Origin: a bacterium
GTDB lineage: Bacteria; Zixibacteria; MSB-5A5; CAIYYT01
DNA length: 64,000 nt
Direction of reading: 5' to 3'
NCBI GenBank assembly: GCA_016708315.1
Contig: JADJGC010000004.1
Span: forward strand, 2,000-65,999
The notes under the pieces were generated by a model that was not told the origin of the DNA, made no database searches, and saw only the letters and a program-made list of their open reading frames with translations. A program made the translations under genes and the position numbers. This document shows positions 57,902-64,000 of the stretch, piece by piece (the first letter of the stretch is position 1; each line of letters begins with the position of its first letter).

Positions 57902-60394
57902 TTACTCCTGCCACTTGACGACTTGCTCGCAATACTTCTTGGCCAGCACTTCGGCCTGCTTTTTGTCTTCCGATTCTGCGACCACTGTGAAATATGCCGC
58001 ATTGCGATCCGGAGCAATCCAGACCCAGCTGTCGCCATCCTGGAAGCGTGCACCGTCCACGAGCTGTCGGTTCTTGCCTTCGGTGTTTTCCATCAAGAGG
58101 CGCATGACTTGGCCCTTCTTGGACCATGAGCAAGGGACCTGTTCTTCCACACTGTGAAAGCGTTCAAACTCCGAGCGCATTTCGGCAAGGTCGGCATTCT
58201 GTTTTGCGAGCATTTCCAACAACTTAATCGTGGCAAACATACCGTCGGCACCGAGTTGGAAACTCGACAACATGAATCCGCCGCGTGTTCCGCCAACAAA
58301 ATCGATGTCCTCTGACTTGTAGGCTTGCATCATTGCCAAATGGTCGCTGCGTACGCGCGTAACTTGCACGCCGTATTGTTCTGCAATCTTCTCTACGCCC
58401 ATGCTCGCCATTACCGGAACGGCGATTTTTCGCGTTTGGTAACTGCTTAGAAAAAGCGAGGTCACAATCAGCAGAAGCAACTGATCGGTTATCACGGCGC
58501 CGTTGCGATCAACAACAGTAATCTTCTCAGCACTGCGCGAAAGTTGAATACCGACATCGGCGCCAAGAGACTTTACGATTGAGGCCATTGTATTGAGTGA
58601 ACGACGGCTGTCGGCTACCAACAGATTTGGATCAGGGTAGGCATTGAGAGAAATCAGTTCGGTGTTAAGTGAACTGAAAATCCCGCCGAAAATTTCCGAT
58701 GCGCCGCCATGCGAGAAGTCGATTACTAATTTGAACTTCTTGGCGGCTATCGCCTCGGAATCGACGTGCTTCAAAAAATCAGTACGATAAGACTCAACGG
58801 TTCTTGTCGGATAGTCAAGATGCCCCACCTGCTCGACTGGTGCACGACGGAAATCTTCTCGGGCAAACAGTGTCTCGATGGAACGGGTCTTGCGCGTGGG
58901 CAAATCCATTCCATCGGGACCGAGGAAAATCATATCGGTAATGTGATACTGCGATGGATTCTGACGCACGTGCACGCCACCGCCATGCTTTCCCTGCTTC
59001 AGTTCGTAACGCATGATCGGAATCGGCAGCGTCCGCAAATCGACTACGTTGATGCCGCAAGACAACAGGCCGGAGATGAAACTCCGCGAGAATACTCGAG
59101 ATGCCGAGGACACACCACGGCTGACGACGATCGACTCGCCTTTCAGAAGTGTGGCTCCAAATGCACATCCCAATTTTGCGGCGAATTCCGGTGTGACCTC
59201 AATATTTCCGAGGCCGGATACTTTGGAATCAGAGAACAACTCGCGATTCCATTTCTCGCCCCAGATAAGCGACGACGATACGGTAGCCCCAGCCTCAATC
59301 TCTTTGCCCGGCCAGATCTTGCAGTTCGCTTTGACGGTGGAACCTTGACGCAATTTGACATGGTCGCTGACCACAGCTTCTTCGTTGATGGAGACGTTCT
59401 TCTCGACAGTTACATCATTGCAGACAATCGCCTGTGTGATCTGCGCACCTTCACCAACAGTCGTGTCGTGCCAGATGACGCTGCTTTCGATGGTCGCATT
59501 GGCGGCAATTTTACAGCGATCGCCAATGACGGAATTGCTGATATGAGCTCCAGCCTCGATCTCGGCTCCGTCTCCAACGATGACCGCTCCCGAGAAATGA
59601 GCATTCTCATCGACGTGGAATTCGCGGTTAATCCAAATCGTTGCATTCTCGCGATGGAGCTGATTGTATGTTGTCTCGATCTTAACTTGTTCATTCAGAA
59701 TGTCCAGATGTGCTTTCTGGTACTCGGAGAGATTGCCGATATCGCGCCAGTATCCGGGGGCAATGTAGCCATACAGGCGTTCATTGTCTTTGAGCATGCC
59801 GGGAAAAAGATTCTGCGAGAAGTCAAAGTTCTGCCCTTTGGGGATGCGCTCGAATACCTTCGGCTCCAGGATGTAGATGCCTGTGTTGATTGTATCTGAG
59901 AATACTTCACCCCAAGTGGGTTTTTCGAGGAATCGCGATATCTTTCCATCGGCGTCTGTAATGACCACGCCGTACGCGAGCGGGTTTTCCATTCGTGTCA
60001 GTATGATAGTAGCTGCCGCTTGCCGCTCTTCATGGAACTTGATTGCCGCCGTGAGATCGAAATCGGTAAGCACATCGCCACTGATAACCATTACCCGGTT
60101 GCCCTGATAGAAATCCTCGGCGGCTTTGACTGCACCGGCAGTGCCAAAATCATCCTCGGCGAGCAAGTACTTCATATTCACTCCGAATTCGGAGCCGTCT
60201 TTGAAGTAGCTCTTGATCTCCTCCGGCTGGAAATACAGAAGTGTGACGTAATCTTTGAGGTCGTGCTTCTTGAGGAGATTAACAATATGGTGGAGCATCG
60301 GGAGATTTGCTACCGGCACCATCGGCTTCGGCAGACTCTGAGTTAAAGGACGCAGCCTTGTTCCAAAACCTCCGGCCATAATAACTGTTTTCAT
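57902..60394 (-). CDS. fused sugar-1-phosphate nucleotidyltransferase (left-handed beta-helix tail) / phosphomannomutase-phosphoglucomutase
   Basis: The N-terminus is MKTVIMAGGFGTRLRPLT..PKPMVPV, followed by hexapeptide repeats and a PGM/PMM-like C-terminal half. Confidence 0.85.
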   Translation of the reverse strand: MKTVIMAGGFGTRLRPLTQSLPKPMVPVANLPMLHHIVNLLKKHDLKDYVTLLYFQPEEIKSYFKDGSEFGVNMKYLLAEDDFGTAGAVKAAEDFYQGNRVMVISGDVLTDFDLTAAIKFHEERQAAATIILTRMENPLAYGVVITDADGKISRFLEKPTWGEVFSDTINTGIYILEPKVFERIPKGQNFDFSQNLFPGMLKDNERLYGYIAPGYWRDIGNLSEYQKAHLDILNEQVKIETTYNQLHRENATIWINREFHVDENAHFSGAVIVGDGAEIEAGAHISNSVIGDRCKIAANATIESSVIWHDTTVGEGAQITQAIVCNDVTVEKNVSINEEAVVSDHVKLRQGSTVKANCKIWPGKEIEAGATVSSSLIWGEKWNRELFSDSKVSGLGNIEVTPEFAAKLGCAFGATLLKGESIVVSRGVSSASRVFSRSFISGLLSCGINVVDLRTLPIPIMRYELKQGKHGGGVHVRQNPSQYHITDMIFLGPDGMDLPTRKTRSIETLFAREDFRRAPVEQVGHLDYPTRTVESYRTDFLKHVDSEAIAAKKFKLVIDFSHGGASEIFGGIFSSLNTELISLNAYPDPNLLVADSRRSLNTMASIVKSLGADVGIQLSRSAEKITVVDRNGAVITDQLLLLIVTSLFLSSYQTRKIAVPVMASMGVEKIAEQYGVQVTRVRSDHLAMMQAYKSEDIDFVGGTRGGFMLSSFQLGADGMFATIKLLEMLAKQNADLAEMRSEFERFHSVEEQVPCSWSKKGQVMRLLMENTEGKNRQLVDGARFQDGDSWVWIAPDRNAAYFTVVAESEDKKQAEVLAKKYCEQVVKWQE

Positions 60395-60423
60395 ATTCTA
60401 TCGAGTTCCTGTTCCACGAAGCA

Positions 60424-61104
60424 TCATGTTAGCAGATTAGCATCAAAATATCTTATCACATCATAAAAGTCGGCAAATTTCTGCCAGTCAACCGCTTTTT
60501 CCTGTGCGAGTTTGATTAAATCGCCGCGGGCAAAGAGGACATCAGCGACCCCGACTGCACAGCGATCCGAGAAACCGTCGCCGATATAAACAGTCAGCTC
60601 ACCATCTTTTCGAAGGGACTTTACGCGTTCACCCTTGCAGGTACCGCAGAAACCGCAGCCATTAGCGAAGTAGGGGAAAGTCGGGTACAGACTGCCATTT
60701 ATGAAGTTTGCTTTATTGGCGTGGATGTCCAGATCCGCGAACCCTGCCTTGCCAAGAAAGGCGTCGATGTAGAAATCGAGTCCATCGGAACAAATATGAA
60801 GCGGGATTTGGTGCTGTCCGAGAAGGTCGACGAACTCCTGAAAACCCCTCTCGACTTCAATGCGGCTAAGAGCTTCGATCATCTCTTCGCGGCTGGCTTT
60901 GATGTAATGACATTCGCGCCACAAACATTCACGCGAATTGATCTTTTGCTCAATCCAGAGCTTGACTGTTCCGTGATTTCGTTTGCCGGAGAAGTGATTA
61001 AACAGCGAGGCGCCAACGTCCTTGGCGGAGATAGTGCCATCAAAATCCGAGAAAACCCGAATTGGGCGAGGTTTCGTTAACCGATCCATTTGAATATCAG
61101 CCAA
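60424..61104 (-). CDS. HAD-IB family phosphatase (MtnX-like)
   Basis: It has motif I FSDFDGTIS, a Cys cluster CGFCGTCKG, and motif IV YIGDGFSD. Confidence 0.75.
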   Translation of the reverse strand: MADIQMDRLTKPRPIRVFSDFDGTISAKDVGASLFNHFSGKRNHGTVKLWIEQKINSRECLWRECHYIKASREEMIEALSRIEVERGFQEFVDLLGQHQIPLHICSDGLDFYIDAFLGKAGFADLDIHANKANFINGSLYPTFPYFANGCGFCGTCKGERVKSLRKDGELTVYIGDGFSDRCAVGVADVLFARGDLIKLAQEKAVDWQKFADFYDVIRYFDANLLT

Positions 61105-61349
61105 AGCAGCGATAGAATCAAACCGGCGATGGCGAGGTTCATTACTCGCCGGACGAACATCGTTATGGTAAACGCCATGAGTACTGCGGGAATGACTAAG
61201 AGGTAGAACTTGATTGCCAGCGCCGAGACCGGCAGGTTCTGTATCGAAATATCGAAGAACGAAGCGACTGAAGCTGAAATGAGCAGTAAGATCATGATGA
61301 CAAGAGCGCTCTTGTACATTTGAGCCATGATCTGTTCTGGAGATTTCAT
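61077..61349 (-). CDS. small 3-TM membrane protein, hypothetical
   Basis: The start at MKSPEQIMAQMYK lies immediately after the TauE-like stop. The upstream part of the ORF overlaps the TauE-like gene and is not credible. Confidence 0.5.
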   Translation of the reverse strand: MKSPEQIMAQMYKSALVIMILLLISASVASFFDISIQNLPVSALAIKFYLLVIPAVLMAFTITMFVRRVMNLAIAGLILSLLWLIFKWIG

Positions 61350-61351
61350 TC

Positions 61352-62104
61352 TTAGCCTTTCACTGCTGACATGATCATGGTAACTGCGGTATAGAGCAAA
61401 ATCGCCGCAAAGAGAATCTTGATATAGAGAGAATCGATCTTGTGAAACACCCTCGCGCCAAGAAAGGCTCCGGCAACCGTACCAAGAGTTGCAAACGGCA
61501 CCCACTCGACGGGAAGATCCCCTCTGGTCACGTAAGGGATTGAAGCTACCGCGGCACTGATTCCGACCATCATCGTGGAAGTTGCGACTGCTTCCTTCAC
61601 TGGCTTGCCGAGAATGATCTGGAGAATCGGCACTTTGACAATACCGCCGCCAATTCCCAGCAGTCCAACTAATCCGCCCGCGAATACCGAGGCTCCCATT
61701 GCCACCGGATAGGCGTTCTTTATTCCGCCGGCATTTTTGGCATCCGATCTCCCGAATAACATTACTACGGCTGAAAACACCAGGATTACTGCAAAGACTA
61801 TTGCCAATCCTTGTTCAGAGACGTGACCCGCCAAACTCCCGGCTGCGTAAGAACCGACGATTGTCGTGGTTTCCAAGTACAATACTGCCTTGAGATCGAC
61901 CAGGCCGCTCTCCAGATACTTTGTCGCTGAGGTCACCGAGGTCGCCATCACGCAACAGAGCGAAAGTGCGACAGCTTGGTGGATCGGCAGTTTGAGAATC
62001 AGCGTGAAAATCGGAACGAGCAGGACGCCGCCGCCAAGACCAAGTATTGATGATAGCGCACCGACAATTGCGCTGAGGGCGAGAATAACTGCGGAATCTT
62101 GCAT
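61352..62104 (-). CDS. TauE/SafE-family anion exporter-like membrane protein
   Basis: This 250-aa ORF has 7-8 TM helices and Gly-rich repeats LGLGGGVLLVP and LGIGGGIVKVP in the two halves. Confidence 0.75.
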   Translation of the reverse strand: MQDSAVILALSAIVGALSSILGLGGGVLLVPIFTLILKLPIHQAVALSLCCVMATSVTSATKYLESGLVDLKAVLYLETTTIVGSYAAGSLAGHVSEQGLAIVFAVILVFSAVVMLFGRSDAKNAGGIKNAYPVAMGASVFAGGLVGLLGIGGGIVKVPILQIILGKPVKEAVATSTMMVGISAAVASIPYVTRGDLPVEWVPFATLGTVAGAFLGARVFHKIDSLYIKILFAAILLYTAVTMIMSAVKG

Positions 62105-63540
62105 TACTGGGCTGCCTTCTTGACGATTGCCAAAGCCTCAGCGAGACACGGATCATCGGTGCGAGCGCTGAACTCCAACGATGGCTCGCCACCGATCTTG
62201 ACCCGGTGAATTGTCTTCAACAAGGTTCGGACGATCTCGAATCTGTACTCACCGAGCGAAACATCGCCAATATCTCGATGTGTCTCACGCATATGGCGAT
62301 AGATCGGATCCATTTCCTTGTTCATGTCGTTAAGGCTCATATCGCTCAGAGCCCGGCCGAGCGGGTCATAGCGAAATCGTCTGTCGCGCAAATAGTTTTC
62401 GAACTGCGCCAAGAGCGAGTCTTCGTCTTCAGATCGAGGAAAGTCGGGAAATTTGTTCGCGGTGACGAAGTCGAGCAGATAACCGCCATGAATCAACTCA
62501 AATAGCAGTGAGCTCATGCGCGGTTTCCGACACTCAATCGAAGGAATTACTGCAGTCGAAGGTTCGGACGTCTTGGTCGAGTCGAGCAAAGTATCAACAA
62601 CCTCACTGAATCCGTGATCGATTCTCTCGTCGAGTGAGACATAGAGCCGTTGACCGCTGCGCAGTAAAATCTCGTCGACCTCGGCGAGTGAACCGGCCGT
62701 GGATGCTCCAATTGTGGTTGCTTCGTCGATTGTTGCGAGATTTCGGGCGATTTCTTCGGTAGCGCCCTTGGTCGTGCGATCGATCAGGATGGCAAGTGGT
62801 TTACCTTTGACCGAATCTTCAATCAATTTTGAAATGCGTTGAGCCATCTTATGGTCATCACCGCCTGAATCGCGCAGGTCAACGATGAAACCACGAGCAC
62901 TGTTTGTGTTCAACGTCTTTATCTCTTGCTCTATATCTAGTGCTGCTGGCAGTCGCAAGACAATGAAGCATATAGAATCTTCGAATGCAACCCGTGCACC
63001 ATCGGCCGATTCAATCGCCGCAATTTGAACGGTGACACTGTCATCACGACCTTCGCGCTCGAAGAATATCTGCGTTGCTCCCTCGGAGCGCGAATTCAGA
63101 TAGTCGATGAAGTCGATTACGACTTGATTTCGAAGCGTATCTACACCGGTAATCTTGTCTTGGGGAAGAAGGAAGCCGCTGAACGGCGAACTCTCAGCGA
63201 TATCAGCGACAACAACGGCACTGTCTTGCGGTCTAAGTGTTAGTCCCCAGTTTCGCGGGCGGTTCGTTATCGTTGGTCGGTCAGCACCGCCGTCCGATAG
63301 TTCTACTCTGAACGGAATGGCGCTTTGCATTCCTCGCCAGGCGTCTGCAAAAACTTTGTCTGGTGCGACCTCGCCAAAGTACCTGCTCGACAATAACTCC
63401 GACTGTTGTGCCAACGCGATCATCACCTTGAAGAGCGAATCATTGACGCATAGATACGCTGCGCCAAGAACGAGCAGTACCGTTAGCGTGAAGAACGAAA
63501 GTGTAGCAACAGACTCACTTCGTGCGTTTCTGCGGTCCAA
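62104..63540 (-). CDS. membrane-anchored S41 (C-terminal processing peptidase)-like protein with PDZ-like segment; catalytic residues apparently substituted
   Basis: It has an N-terminal TM helix and FIVDLRDSGGDD (compare DLR-x-N-x-GG). Where S41 enzymes have SASASE and TFGKG, this protein has ILIDRTTKGATEEIA and TIGASTAGSLAE. An extra domain of about 150 aa sits at the C-terminus. Confidence 0.6.
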   Translation of the reverse strand: MDRRNARSESVATLSFFTLTVLLVLGAAYLCVNDSLFKVMIALAQQSELLSSRYFGEVAPDKVFADAWRGMQSAIPFRVELSDGGADRPTITNRPRNWGLTLRPQDSAVVVADIAESSPFSGFLLPQDKITGVDTLRNQVVIDFIDYLNSRSEGATQIFFEREGRDDSVTVQIAAIESADGARVAFEDSICFIVLRLPAALDIEQEIKTLNTNSARGFIVDLRDSGGDDHKMAQRISKLIEDSVKGKPLAILIDRTTKGATEEIARNLATIDEATTIGASTAGSLAEVDEILLRSGQRLYVSLDERIDHGFSEVVDTLLDSTKTSEPSTAVIPSIECRKPRMSSLLFELIHGGYLLDFVTANKFPDFPRSEDEDSLLAQFENYLRDRRFRYDPLGRALSDMSLNDMNKEMDPIYRHMRETHRDIGDVSLGEYRFEIVRTLLKTIHRVKIGGEPSLEFSARTDDPCLAEALAIVKKAAQ

Positions 63541-64000
63541 TTTTTCTCCTGTTCAGAAACGCCTGACTCACAGCAAGAATCTCGGTAAAAATTTCTTCTG
63601 GTGTGTTTCGTCCGTCCACAACTTTGACGCGACGCGGCTCAGCCTTGGCGATTTTTAAGAATCCGTTACGCACGCGCTTATGGAAGTCACTTGCCGCTGA
63701 TTCCATCCGGTCTTTATTGGCCTTGAGACGAACATGCGCTTTCGCGATCTCCAAATCGACAATGAATGTCAGGTTGGGTTTGATCTTCGCGGCGGCAAAC
63801 TCGTTGGTGTCCTTGACGACCTTGGCCGGCAATTTGCGACCGTCGATTTGATATGCAATTGTGGAATCGGAGAACCGGTCGGTGATAACGATCTTGCCTT
63901 GCTTTAATGCCGGCTCGATAACCTTGTCGACTAATTCGGCGCGGGCAGCCAGAAACAAGAGCAGTTCGGCTCGGGCGCTCATTTGTTTGTGGGAGTTATC
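63515..64000 (-). CDS. tmk: thymidylate kinase, N-terminus beyond window end
   Basis: The sequence ELLLFLAARAELVDKVIEPALKQGKIVITDRFSDSTIAYQ is typical Tmk. The frame stays open to position 64000. Confidence 0.85.
   Translation of the reverse strand, partial: DNSHKQMSARAELLLFLAARAELVDKVIEPALKQGKIVITDRFSDSTIAYQIDGRKLPAKVVKDTNEFAAAKIKPNLTFIVDLEIAKAHVRLKANKDRMESAASDFHKRVRNGFLKIAKAEPRRVKVVDGRNTPEEIFTEILAVSQAFLNRRKIGPQKRTK

Noticed and set aside
58766-59899. A 377-aa ORF on the plus strand.
   Set aside because: It lies entirely antisense to the well-supported nucleotidyltransferase/PMM gene (57902-60394). Its sequence is low-complexity and Arg/Cys-rich with no motifs, so it is a shadow ORF.

Overview
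This is a chromosomal segment from an uncultivated Gram-negative-type bacterium. GC looks moderate by eye and the genetic code is standard. The dockerin-tailed secretome hints at an FCB-group candidate lineage such as Zixibacteria, but that assignment is tentative. I can support about 60 protein genes on both strands, two tRNA-Ser genes, several clean rho-independent terminators and a few candidate promoters.

Housekeeping genes are intact and easy to recognise: lepA, secA, lipA, ispH, ispG, tadA, nfi, a class-I aminotransferase, a fused NDP-sugar pyrophosphorylase/phosphomannomutase, and tmk (cut by the window end).

Interleaved with these are envelope, secretome and signalling genes:
- four proteins with dockerin-like C-termini, three of them ending in PCAAC;
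- two paralogous tail-fibre-like secreted proteins;
- a TonB-receptor / YfiR-like / CHASE8-HAMP kinase / hybrid kinase cluster;
- a Ser/Thr kinase with a TPR tail;
- two paralogous lipoprotein cytochromes c flanking a GntR plus serine-hydrolase pair.

The best candidate for an undescribed system is at 35.5-42.0 kb. A sensor kinase and a GAFTGA-containing NtrC-type activator sit between two matching -24/-12-like elements, each with a TGTACCA motif about 100-125 nt upstream. One element precedes a secreted protein built of four 72-aa helical repeats and a translationally abutting beta-barrel. The other precedes a divergent repeat lipoprotein. None of the three effectors can be assigned to a characterised family by eye.

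A second striking property is at least 20 reading-frame disruptions, several of them compensating pairs. They are concentrated in about 10 accessory or envelope genes, while every long housekeeping ORF is intact.

I saw no CRISPR array, rRNA, transposase, integrase or phage structural module. All homology statements come from motif reading by eye, because no searches could be run.
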